A stretch of 64,000 bases of DNA, from assembly GCA_023334545.1 (NCBI GenBank), contig JAADVB010000071.1, forward strand, positions 1 through 64,000, in the 5' to 3' direction. Source of the stretch: Salisapilia sapeloensis CBS 127946 (lineage: Eukaryota > Protista > Oomycota). The position numbers and the translations under genes are program-made. Below are positions 51,340 to 63,007 of the stretch, one piece after another. Each line of letters begins with the position of its first letter. Positions within the stretch are counted from its first letter, which is position 1. The notes under the pieces were generated by a model. The model was not told the origin of the DNA and did not search any database. It was given only the letters and a program-made list of their open reading frames with translations.

Positions 51340-53114
51340 GTCTGGGCAAGCAGTAGTCTCCTGATGGCGATAACGAGCTTGATTTCTTTCCTGCGGATTG
51401 ACTTCTGAGCAAGCATTCGCTAAAATGTTGGTCGTACACAAGAGATAATAGGATTGGCTGAAAAGGCTTGAAGTTTTTTGTCTTTCTACCAATAGAAAAA
51501 AGGTTGAACTGGTCGAATCAGGGTTGGGAGTGCCTGAGCTCAAGGCGTTTTGTGCAAAATTGCGAGGGGATACGTTTTCATCGACAGTGCGATGCGATAC
51601 GTACTTGGTATTGCTGTTTGTAGCCTTGAGATAGGTTTGATATAAGATGATGAAGTGGTGAAAGTATGTGATATAAAGCTTGAACACGATGCTAAGGTTA
51701 TCATTCAAACCGTGTTCGCGCTGAGTAACGATTCGGCAACATTGGGGATTCACATTTTGTAGCTCTATTAACGATAATCGAATCAGGCAATTTCGCGTTC
51801 GCTGACAATAGACAATTTTGCTTTGCCACTTACCACTGGAAACCTAAGGAAGCACTTCAACATAACCTTCCCACTAAACTCGGAGTACAAAAGCAATTGA
51901 TCGCTCGTTTTTGATGCAATCAGGAAGAAACGATCTTCGGGACGACTTTAAGTCACGCCTGGTTCCCAATGTGTGCAAATTTAAAAAAGCGCGCGAAACA
52001 GTCGCTTCACTTGCTGAGCTCTTCGCTTTACTTGCGCTATTTAGCTCTTCGCTATTATCTTATAACAGACGTAGTACAGTGGTGGACGAAATAATTGAGA
52101 GACTTTGCAACTCGCACTGTACCCGTCCCAGTAAAATGGCGAAGAGCTCAATATTGCAAGTAAATCGAATGACACTTCAACCTGGAGGGCTTCTGAGGAT
52201 CAACCACAATACGCTCGACACTATGCTCCGCCAAGGCATGAGAGAGGAATGGACGATATACGACTATACGAATGGAAAGGTGGAAAGCGACGCACGAGGA
52301 GGACGAGCCGCCAAAAACTTATGCCTTGAACCCTATTCCAACATTCCGTAGTTGTTCACAACGCCTACTATTCCTTGCATATACTCGATTATCTGCTCAA
52401 GGGATACGGTCTTAAATCTCGATAAGTAATCTGGCTGCATCTTTCTATTTCGCTTCGCTTCTATCATGGTTGTTCAGTCGTCCACTTCTTGTTATCAGGC
52501 ACACGCAAGCAGTCACTAGATGAATAGTAGAGTAATTAGAATATGACATTTGAAGTGATCGACAACGGTCATGCCCAATTCGCAATTATCGTTGCTCCCT
52601 ATTCAAACGGTGGAGTTATTCGATGCGTGCAGTACCTAGATCACGCTGCTAGGTTTTCATGCCCTGGTAAAGTGTCGCGTCTGCGTTGCAATTCGCACAC
52701 CGATCATTTGCAACGAGCATGGAATTGGAAGCAGCAATTGTAGTAGTGGTGGAATAGTGAGCTGAACTAAGACAGGAAGCAAGGTCTTCATCGGCAGGTT
52801 CGATTGCTTGCCTTCAGATTTCAAGTATGATATCAATTTGTTATGAGAGTATTTTCATGGCTTTCGATAGATTCGGCGGTTTCGACGAACAAAGCGATGA
52901 CGGGTTCAGACATCCATAAAGACTTTCACGTGTGGATACAGATACAGCGAGCTGTGGCGTAAACCGACCAGATCTATCAGAACAGGCGGCAGGTGTTTAC
53001 GCCATTTGATCTTTCCACTTCAATTTCCGTGGGACTTAGTCACTTCCAGCTCTCTGGATGCATATTTCGTCACTGAGTGCTATAGTAGGAGCTATTTAAA
53101 AGAACGTTTTCACA

Positions 53115-54958
53115 ATGCTGGACCTCCGAAAGCGAGCTCAGGATTCCCTCATTCTGCAATTTTCGATCAACCTCACAAGGCAGCTTTCTACACCACAATC
53201 GGTGGCCGTCATAGCGCTTCCACTTGCCGCAGGATACATGCTCTTGTCATACTATCAAAAGCCTCGTGCCTACACTCCTGCTGGTCAAACATTGCCTCGC
53301 CCAGATGGAGCGATACCACTGTTGGGTAGCACCCTACAGCTTGCTCGTAACCGTAATCGGTACATTTTGATCTCCGATCGAGTAACTCTACAAGTCCAAT
53401 AACTGATATATTGGATATGATAGGATGGGTGAATGACTTGCCGAAGTATGTGAGGATAAGGAAGGAAAACCTTGGATGCTGGATGTTCTGAATCGTCCGA
53501 TAATGGTTGTTGTATCATCCCCTGAACACATCGAAGATATTTTTAATACTCAAAGTGACATCTTTATCAAAAACCCAGCGTCACTTGACCGCAACTATGA
53601 TTTTCTCGGGCATGGCATTGTCAACAGCAATGGCAGTCATTGGAAAGTCCAACGGAAAACAGCTTCCTATTTGTTTAGCATGAAAATGATGAAGGATGTC
53701 ATGTATACAACGATTCGAGAACGCAGTCGTGAATTCATCCAAGTCTTAAATGAGCATGCAAAGCGCGGATCAGTTGTTTCAGCTCGAGTTGCATTCGTGG
53801 AATTTACAACGGACGTCTTTACGCAGGTAATAAATCATATTTGTTATCTGTATCTAGGTCATCGGTCAAACTCACACGCTATCAGATCGGGTTTGGCATT
53901 GATTTAGAAAGCATGCAGAAAGGATTGCGAGGAGAGACGAATGACTTTATAAAAAGTATTCGCGTCATGTTCTGCGGACTATTTCATCGGTTTTCACAGC
54001 CGTACTGGTACTGGAATCTCAGGCGGATGCTCGGTATTGGTGAAGAAGCGGAGCTCGCCAAAAGTAAAAAATACTTGGATGGGTTGACCTACAGTATCAT
54101 CCAAAAATCTATCGATCGAAAGAAACAAGAGTTGCAAAGTGGTCGCGCTGATGACAGCTCTGCTTCGCATGCAAAGGACTTGATCACTCTCTTCTTGGAC
54201 AGTCAAGTCAAGGAGGCTGAAAAAACAGGAAGGTTGGATGTGGACCCTACTTCGATGCGCGATATGGTTTTCAATTTCTTCTTCGCTGGATCCGCGACAA
54301 CAAGCACCACTATGGCCTGGATCCTTGTCGAATTGAATCGTCACCCGGATGTTGTGACTAAAATCCGCGCCGAGATCCGGGTCAAGTTACCACACCTTTT
54401 GAAACAGGGAGCAGACGCTCCGACCATAGAAGAGGTTGGTCAACTTCATTACTTGGAAGCTATAATTCGAGAGACACTTCGTTTAAACTCGACATTTCCT
54501 CTTGCCGGGCGATATGCCGTCCAGTCGACTACACTGAGAGATGGAACGTACGTAAGCAAAGGTACTACTGTCTTGGCTTCCTTACGAGGAACAGGATATT
54601 TGTCTAGTGTCTGGGGAGAAGACGCTCACGATTTTAAGCCCGAGCGCTGGATTGATCCGTCGACGGGAGTCATTGTTGCTTTGAGGCCATCCCAGTTCCC
54701 AGTCTTCGTACGTAAATTTCTACTATTTAGTCTAGTTTACTTTATTAACAGCGTCGTTTGTGATGGTAGCTCGCTGGGCCAAGACGATGCATTGGACAGC
54801 GCATGGCGATAGTTGAACTGCAGGTCGTAATGTGCTCCATGCTCAGCAAGTTTGATTTGAAGATGCTCGAGGACCCGTACCAAATCATCTCCACGCCTGG
54901 AGTGGAGTTTTCTGTGAACAGCGAGTTGCCAATAAAGATAAAACCGTTTCAAGATTAA
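53115..54958 (+). CDS. Cytochrome P450 (oomycete type, CYP86/CYP704-like features), 4 exons
   Basis: N-terminal TM, I-helix FFFAGSATTST, K-helix ETLR, PERW, and the spliced heme motif F|LAGPRRCIG. Stop at 54956-54958. Confidence 0.93.
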
Positions 54959-56218
54959 TTGAGAGCGCACGAAGATGCTCTAGATGACACAATTGCAAAT
55001 GAAATGAAAAAGAACCGAAAATAAAAGAAATAAAAAATCCTTTAATGTGTTTGCTTCTATACAAATGCATGCTGAGCATGATCAAATTGAGCATGCAGTG
55101 GTAAATGTGTTCTAAGTTTGGTCACGTCTTATCACTTTATTTTTAAGCTGAGGCATTGGGTAAGTGGCTCTCGGATAACTTAATATCGTTGAGGAAGTTT
55201 GGAGGAGGTTTTCTTCTGGCATAAATGTCCATCGAAGCACGAGGACAATAAAAAGTGTATTTATATACTTAGATTAAGCCAAGTAGAAAGCTCTTGGTGT
55301 GCAGGATGAGAGAGGAAGCACGTGATGGATCTAAATCGAACCTATGTCAATTAAATCTGAATTTTTACGAAGCGCATCTGTATAGCTACACATCTGAGCA
55401 CTTGACATCAATGTAACTCACCTATAATTCAATCTAATTCATCTCAGCGACTGCATCAATGCCAAATCTCTTATATTGAGGTTGAGATCAGCTTCCTCTA
55501 GACCGTTTTTTACAATATAATTCGCGGTCGTGCAAGGCATAACCAATACGTAAAACCGAACAGATACAAGCTGTAGCTGGGTTCATATCCGGATAATAGT
55601 TCTTTAAAGCGGCAAAAAGGCAGATTATAGCAAAGTTCGTCTTACCCCTAGGTTTCCATATTCTTAAATACGTGGTCGAACTGTTGCAATTCTCAACTCG
55701 ATGGTGCTGCAAACTGCATGGCGTTGAGAATAGCAATTTTAGTATATTAAAGACCACCAGCGATGAACTAGATCGAGGATATGGTGCATCATCTCTACGG
55801 AGATCAATCATCACTTGATCTTGTATTCTTAGTTTGGTTGGAAAGCTACATCGGCCATGTATACAAGCATTTCCATGGCATGTGATAGAGTCAAATACGC
55901 AAATCGCAACGGGCACAGGGTTGGCTGACTTAGGGTATTAAGAATAGTATTCACAAATGTGAATCTTGATGTCACTGCATGCGGATGCTATGCAAGTTTT
56001 CTTTTGAACTACACGTATGTTCCTGCCTCTTGAGTTGTGTCCTTTAGTTCTATATCTTATCAATTTTGTCAATGTTGGATCCACCAGACATAAAGCCAGG
56101 ATAAAACGGAATGTCTATCTTTCAAGTTAATTTCTTCTGTATATGAGACGTTTATGAGCATGAAACGTACCGTTGACCCGGAAGCATCAGATCCGCCTCT
56201 TCATCTTCTAATAAAAGC

Positions 56219-56953
56219 ATGACCTACCAAGGGTATTTAATCCAACACTTGCATCGCCAACCTTCGCGAGTACTCTTCTTCTCGATAGAAGACGGATATT
56301 TACGAGCGTATACATCAAGCGACAGTGACCAAGTGGTGGAAGAAATGAAACTTACGGGATGCCGCATCAACGTCAAAGCACAAAGACGAGGAGATGGGAT
56401 CCCAAATAGCTTTTACGTCGAGACTCGCTACGTCATTGTGAAGGACCGAACCTACACGCTAGATAAACCAGTAAGACTCGAGCTTTCTGCTGTATCCAAT
56501 ACGCAACGACAAGAGTGGGGCAAAGCATTGCATTCGTGGCACCGGTACTATTGGCGTGATCCAAGTCAGCGGTTGTCGGATACAAGCGAATCTGGATCCA
56601 CTTCATCCATTAGCTCCACCAGTGTATCTACTTCGGAGTTGTTGGTACTTGAAGACGCCATCACGAAGGCAAAACTGCTCGATGCCTTACAAAGATACCA
56701 GCGGACTGCTCAATCAAGCAATATGAGCTCCATATCATTATCAAAGCAACCCCTTGCGTTTTTAAAACGGACGCTATCGATGTCGATCTCGACACGACAC
56801 AGTGATGAGGACAACCAAGAAGAGAAAGAGGAAGCTGCAAGTGAGAATAACAAAAAGGAAGTACAATCCGCTCGATCTTTTCTGTCGTTCGGAAAACCTT
56901 CGTGCACTTCGAAATCCGCCAACTTAAACAACCAAAAGGAGTATGTGCTTTAA
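56219..56953 (+). CDS. PH-domain protein with a Ser-rich tail
   Basis: YQGYLI...VLFFSIEDGYLRAY...NSFYVE...LELSAVSNTQRQEWGKAL, a PH-domain pattern. Confidence 0.8.
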   Translation: MTYQGYLIQHLHRQPSRVLFFSIEDGYLRAYTSSDSDQVVEEMKLTGCRINVKAQRRGDGIPNSFYVETRYVIVKDRTYTLDKPVRLELSAVSNTQRQEWGKALHSWHRYYWRDPSQRLSDTSESGSTSSISSTSVSTSELLVLEDAITKAKLLDALQRYQRTAQSSNMSSISLSKQPLAFLKRTLSMSISTRHSDEDNQEEKEEAASENNKKEVQSARSFLSFGKPSCTSKSANLNNQKEYVL

Positions 56954-57463
56954 ATTAAATTGTCATACAAAAATTTATAAATCGTCGTGTTTGAGTACTG
57001 AGCAGGAGAAAGTATTATCATATGAAATGCATGAAAACAATACTATGGTAAGCTACTACATTGGAGATCCACGCAGTGCTGCTTGACCCTCGGGCCAATT
57101 AACAAAAGTAACTACTGACCTAAATCCTATAAAGTCTACTTCTGTAATATCCTTATTTTCGGACAATTGACTAAAGCTAATGAATTTCCGTGCTGAGGTT
57201 TCCAGATGAATCACCGGTGCATTGCTGTGAATCTACTTCACCGTCTAGCTTTCCGTTCATTGTTTTGTTCATGCATCCGGCTGAGTAAATGAGCATGAAA
57301 TATTCAGGCGGATGATTGAGTTAAATTACATATTTATCGCAATGTCAAGAAGAGCATGTCTTTTGGTACCCAACAGCGCAGCATCCTAGATCAGTTCCAT
57401 GTTGAAATATTTAATTTGTAATCTTATGTTTTATATACTATAAAAGGGAGAATCCGCTTAAGT

Positions 57464-57566
57464 CCGAGTGTAGCTCAGTTGGTAGAGCGATTGACTGTAG
57501 TGGTACATACTCATCTGAGTATACTTGGAAATCAATTGGTCACCGGTTCGATTCCGGTCACTCGGA
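57464..57566 (+). tRNA. tRNA-Tyr(GUA) with a 30-nt intron (57501-57530), copy 1
   Basis: Acceptor stem CCGAGTG/CACTCGG, D-arm GCTC..GAGC, anticodon stem ATTGA/TCAAT with GTA at 57497-57499, T-arm ACCGG-TTCGATT-CCGGT. Upstream TATA-like sequence and a downstream T6 terminator. Confidence 0.95.
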
Positions 57567-58596
57567 TACTTTTTTCGATTGCGAATTGGCTAGAGCTCTT
57601 ACATGTCATGACGCAAATGAGCACGCACAACTTCATTTTTTCTCTGTAAGGCAGTACTCTACCCCAGTGGCTTTTGCGTGTCTGCAAGGAGTGTACCAAA
57701 CGTTATATTGCCAGCTTTCACACCGAAAGGGCCGTCCGATAACCTATCATATTATGATCAAAACACATTCAATTCTCAGACGAGCGTCCGTTCCAGCTCT
57801 TCTTGCCAACATGTAGAGACCAAAATGGCCAATAAGTAAACGTCACAAACACATTTTCGACATGCTCTGTATGTCAACCAATAACGTATTTTACAACGTA
57901 AGCTTTGCTCGAATCGTAGAGGTACAACAATATCTGTTTCTGCATTTAATGACCAGTGGGCAAAGACAATGTTCGGGTCACTACTAAAAACTGTTTTATT
58001 CCTTACTTCATTTGTAGGTTGCTCGGAGCATGATGCTAGATTATTGAACAGAATTTCTTGCATGCACGCCAGTGATGTATGTCGCTATGTGAAAAATAAA
58101 CAAATTACCGTGTTAGCAAAGATATTCTTGCTACTATCCGGGTAAAGCGATGGTAGAACACAATCTCAGTGTTGGACTATAGTTTTGGATGACGTATATT
58201 GTTCAGTCGTGTCAAGCTCAACTTTGTCTTTGAAGATAATACTGTGGCATTCGACGTTTGTTGTAGAAAGCATATTACTTTCGGCCACACAATCGGTGGA
58301 ATTAACTATCATAAACATGAAAAACATATTCAATGGTCATCACATCCCTACATTCCCTGATAGCCAAACATTAAAGTTTATAAGTACATATACTCCTTGT
58401 ATCAATATTGTATTATGAGCACGGATCAGTTAAAATGTGAGCATAAAGCTTGTTCGCTCAAAGCACATTACCATGGCCAACATATTGAACATTGCATAGT
58501 AACGCAGTTAAAGATCACTTTCAAAGCAACTTGCTGTTCATAACGTCTATATATATAAACTGTTTATATATTACATAAGATTGTTGCCAATCAAGC

Positions 58597-58699
58597 CCGA
58601 GTGTAGCTCAGTTGGTAGAGCGATTGACTGTAGTGGTACATACTCATCTGAGTATACTTGGAAATCAATTGGTCACCGGTTCGATTCCGGTCACTCGGA
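58597..58699 (+). tRNA. tRNA-Tyr(GUA) with a 30-nt intron, copy 2
   Basis: Identical over 103 nt to copy 1, with a T-rich Pol III terminator. Confidence 0.95.
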
Positions 58700-59776
58700 T
58701 TTCTTTTTCAACTATTTTTTTTACAGATTGTAGCCGCGTTTGTTTCTGTTTCCACACTTTTGGAAGAAGGGCTTCAATAGAAGGCTGTGTTGAGGGTATG
58801 TATAGCAACTTTTACTCTTAGTTCTTTATAGTTGTGAATGATCTACAAGAAGGAATTGATTAGTCTGACAGTGTTGCCATATATCTAAATCTGGATGCTG
58901 TCAATTCATATCTGTACGATATGGTATGTGATTGCTACTATTAAAGCAATTCCTATGCTTCCATTATACTTCTAAGCTGTGATAGATTCTCCATCAACCT
59001 TCAGGAACAAAGGTAAAATACCAACGCGCAGAAATTGAAGTGGAGTCTACTCAACATAGAAATGCTGTGTATAAAGCTCCATTGCTTTCTACTTAGCATG
59101 CTTCTACTAACGGCGTACTCGTGCTCGTTGCTTGAAAAACTGAACTCACACGATGTGAATCTGCTTCAATGTGGATGGGTAATTTGTTAGTTTGATTGTG
59201 AATATCACACGCCTGCAAATGTCTTGCCACAGTTTCGATTTTCGCACTAATGTATAGATCGAATAGAAATAGAATGAAGCCTGGTGATAGATTTAAGTCG
59301 ACACAGGGCAAGATTCCGGCTAGCTCATACGTACGCTCTCTTGAACCAAAACGCCATGACTGTGCACAACTAAGCCTTAGCAAGCCTAATGCATTGTGAG
59401 TTCTGGTGCATACGCAAGCAGTATATCTAATTGTTACATTTTTAAAGGATACAAGTACACTTCATTGCGTATTTGTGTCTGGAGCACCACTTAACAAGCA
59501 ATCCCACCATAAAGGTACTCTTTTCAGCACAACTTGGTATACATGGTCAGTAGCCGTAGTGCGCATTCTTCCTCAAATACGTGTCATCCTAGTCATTTGA
59601 TCAGCACACCTCTACGTCAACTCTATCGACTTTGTAACCAAGAAAAGTAAAGCAATATATGTAGAAAAGTATATTTTACGATAGATTACACAGGCATATA
59701 TTGAGCTTCGCAACAGAGCTGTAGTTGTAATCTTTAAGACAAAAAGCATTGTCCAAAAGGTAAGTTGAAAAAGAAA

Positions 59777-59879
59777 TCCGAGTGACCGGAATCGAACCGG
59801 TGACCAATTGATTTCCAAGTATACTCAGATGAGTATGTACCACTACAGTCAATCGCTCTACCAACTGAGCTACACTCGG
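59777..59879 (-). tRNA. tRNA-Tyr(GUA) with a 30-nt intron, copy 3 (inverted)
   Basis: Exact reverse complement of copies 1 and 2. Confidence 0.95.
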
Positions 59880-59998
59880 GCTTATCTGTTAATCACTCTA
59901 TGTTATATAAAAAATAATATTTTTGTATACAAAGATACTCGTTTCGATGTGTTGTGGTGCGTGTCGAGGTACCAAAGTTCAATCAACAATCCGAGGGA

Positions 59999-60952
59999 AT
60001 GAGCAAAATCGTCACGCTTATCATCACTCACGCCGGCAGTTACTGCCCCGAAGTTTGGGATCCCGTGATCGCGCGACTTCGGCAATCCCCTTTATATAGC
60101 CAGGAAGATATTTCGATTGACATCGTGCCATTTACCAATAAGTACCATGGAAAGCGATACGAAAACTCTACTCCCGTCGAGCTCGATTTAAGTGATCCCG
60201 AGAATCCACGCGCATGGGCTTCAATAACTGAGTACCAAGAGTGGGCGCCTGATGATATATACGCTGAGTTAGAGCGAATCTGGAAACAAGATGACGAGGC
60301 AAACAAACCCAGACGTGACATCATTGGTGTCGGCCACTCCTTCGGTGGTGCATCGTTATGGCTCACAGAAGTGCGTTATCCGGGTACATTCGCTGGCTTG
60401 GCACTGTTCGAGCCAGTGACATCACGCGACCAAGCCTTGCTCGACTATATCGCTCGCTTTTACATTCCAGTGACACTTAAACGTAAATGGAAATGGGATT
60501 CTCGTGAAGAAGCGGAAGCTTACTTTGCCAATTATCGCGGCTTTCGAAAGTGGGATAAAGACGCCATCAAAGGTTATGTGAAAGGAGCGATTGTGAAAGC
60601 GAATGAGGACCCGTCCGACTCGACAGTAATGCTGGCACTACACCCTCACGTGGAAGCTGCAGGTTACTGCAGTCGACAGGTCGATATAAATGACGAGGAA
60701 GCTTCGCGAGTTCAATGTCGTGTGATTTTCCACGGCGGTGACAAGTCACAATTGTATCAAAAAGATACGGTCTTCCGTCAGTTGGAAGCGCAGATGCCGG
60801 ACAAGTACTCTGTCGGGGAAGATGTCGCCAACACCGGCCATTTGCTCGTCATGGAGGACCCAGAGACGGTAAGCCGTCGCGTACTCCAAGCCTTGGAAAG
60901 GTTCCCACCCTTCCAGAAAACGCCATTGACATCTCGACTTCCTAACCTCTAA
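59999..60952 (+). CDS. Alpha/beta hydrolase (Abhydrolase_6-like)
   Basis: THAGSYCPEVWDPV, nucleophile GVGHSFGG, LALFEPV, and the catalytic His in TGHLLVMEDP. First ATG at 59999. Confidence 0.9.
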   Translation: MSKIVTLIITHAGSYCPEVWDPVIARLRQSPLYSQEDISIDIVPFTNKYHGKRYENSTPVELDLSDPENPRAWASITEYQEWAPDDIYAELERIWKQDDEANKPRRDIIGVGHSFGGASLWLTEVRYPGTFAGLALFEPVTSRDQALLDYIARFYIPVTLKRKWKWDSREEAEAYFANYRGFRKWDKDAIKGYVKGAIVKANEDPSDSTVMLALHPHVEAAGYCSRQVDINDEEASRVQCRVIFHGGDKSQLYQKDTVFRQLEAQMPDKYSVGEDVANTGHLLVMEDPETVSRRVLQALERFPPFQKTPLTSRLPNL

Positions 60953-61069
60953 ATACACATACGAAAGTTGCTCTGTCCACTCTATCATCCACCTACTGAA
61001 CCCACTCGTTTTCATCTTGCTCTTTGTATGCTGACAAAACATGAAGACACTCGCCTTTTCGACTGAAAC

Positions 61070-61258
61070 ATGCTCGAAGAGTGCTGTGATAGTATTTGTC
61101 GGTCCTGCAGCTTCTTTCTATGCTACTGCTGCACGACAGGATGCTGCGAGATCGGAGCCACAGCGGCAGGGTCCCACAGTCGTCGACACCACGGACGGTA
61201 CCCTCCAACACAACCTGTGAACGTCACGCCCGTGGCGATTCCATCTCGACGCAAGTAA
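61070..61258 (+). CDS. Small cysteine-rich protein (62 aa)
   Basis: 9 Cys in the first 26 residues, then His/Pro-rich. Good start context (AAACATG) in its own intergenic slot. Confidence 0.55.
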   Translation: MLEECCDSICRSCSFFLCYCCTTGCCEIGATAAGSHSRRHHGRYPPTQPVNVTPVAIPSRRK

Positions 61259-61330
61259 CTAAGAGCGTAAAACGAAAAAAAAGCATGCTTGTTTCTACCT
61301 CTTATCCATTCCTCCGACGCTTTGTCTAAA

Positions 61331-62730
61331 TTAGATGAACACATCGTCGTCAAAGTCGTCGTCATCATCATCGTCAAAGTCGAACTCTTCATAGTCCATG
61401 TCCATAAAGTCGACTTGCCAGCGCAAGATACCGCCAATGCCACCAAAACCTTTGCAGAACTGACTACCTTCCTGACTCTTGTCCGTCACAAACTCCAAGG
61501 TTGTTCCGAATTCCTTGTAGTGGTTTGCGAACCATTCGACCAGTGGCTCCTTCTCGACAATCTCCAACTTGGCTTGCGTCTCCTTGTCGATAAAGTTCGA
61601 GTCCACCGTTTCTTCCGACGGAGACAAGTTCTTCACTTCCGTCGCGCCAGTGCTTTCATTGCGCAGCTCAAAGCGATGGTGCGGAAGGTCCTCCCAAATG
61701 ATCAAAGTTTCCACTGCACCTAGATCCAACGCGTGCATCGTATCGGTGATACCGAAACAGTACTTGCCAGAGTCTTGCGCGATCTCTTCCATGTACTTGC
61801 AAATGAGCTTCTTTTCCTGGACGAACTTGACGTTCGACAGCGTTTCCGCCGAAAGCTCAATAGCTTGGTTAAAGCCATTCTCGCCACCGTACGACACATC
61901 CACGACCTTGACGACGATCTCTCCGAGACGTTTGTCGAACATGTCAGACTGGTTCAATTCGTTCTTAAAGTCAGCCGAACCAGCGAGCACGAGGTTCGAG
62001 ATGTTCGGCTTGTCGCTCGTGATAAAGAGCTGCGTCGCAGTCTCCGCCACCTTTCGAATGTAGTTATGACGCTTTTCCATACGCAGACGAGCGAAACGGA
62101 GAGCGGACTGACCACCTCGACCGTGCTTCTTGGGCAGATCGACGCTGAAGCGATGGAGGATTTCACGCGTGTTACCGGCGACGGTACCGAAGAGGGCTCC
62201 GTTACCATCGACGACGATGAATCCGAAGCGGTCATTGTCCTGCAGCAGTTCATTCAGGGCTTCCGTGTGGAACTTGTTGTCACACATGTAGAGACTCGTG
62301 TTGATCGGACGGAAGGGCTCGAAATCAATGTTCACCTTCTTCTCCTTGCCTTCATCCGTCACGATCGTACCACAGTAGATGATCAGACCATTCGGAGGAC
62401 ATTTGCTGTACTGCTTAAGACGTTGCTGCGTGGACGTGATAGCACCGAGGACCGAGAGACGGTTGACACGAGACTTGATGTTCGAGGCCGTGCCGAGCTC
62501 ATCCGTAAGCATCTTGTTGACACGAGAGATCTGGTCTTTGGGCGGGATGATGAGAGAAATCATGCTTGTTCCGTTGCTATAAGTACAATATGTTAGTGCT
62601 ATAGCATGGCGGTACGAAATGAATCGACGTACCCACGCGCGGCTTGGAGTGACTTGATGAGCTTCTTCACCTTAAACAGCTCGACCTGGTCGTCTGTCAT
62701 ATTGGGGTTGTTCTCTGGGTTCGACGGCAT
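61331..62730 (-). CDS. ETF1: Eukaryotic peptide chain release factor 1 (one 5' intron)
   Basis: [10 protein letters not shown]|[44 protein letters not shown]. Confidence 0.98.
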
Positions 62731-63007
62731 CGTTGCTCTGCTTTATACGCTCAAAGGAAAGTCGCAAAGGGAAGAGGGAGGAGATCGAGGCGAACTTCGG
62801 ATGGAATGTAGCTCTCGGCCAGCCAAACGGATTCGATATGTGATGGACACGATTTATCGGAACACAGTCGAGCAAGTCGTGTTTATCAAAATATTACAAC
62901 TATTCATGCTTTCCACCAATGACAGAGCAGAGAAATGAAAATTACGCGAAAGGACGATAACAGACGAATGTATAGTGCAACCTATAATGGACCGTGTATA
63001 GCTAGAG

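Noticed and set aside
51911-52351. 146-aa ORF in the intergenic region
   Set aside because: No recognisable motif, it starts at a non-ATG codon and its composition is unremarkable.
55488-55916. 142-aa minus-strand ORF
   Set aside because: It lies in an AT-rich region and has random-like composition with no motif.
61733-62596. 287-aa plus-strand ORF
   Set aside because: It is an antisense shadow of the eRF1 CDS. The same applies to 46079-46783, 33998-34636, 13917-14492 and similar overlapping ORFs.
61331-62730. Possible stop-codon reassignment suggested by eRF1 lying next to a tRNA-Tyr cluster and carrying small substitutions ([18 protein letters not shown])
   Set aside because: GTS, NIKS, YxCxxxF and GGQ are intact. 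The tRNA anticodons are GUA, not suppressor. Genes in the window end cleanly with TAA, TAG and TGA.
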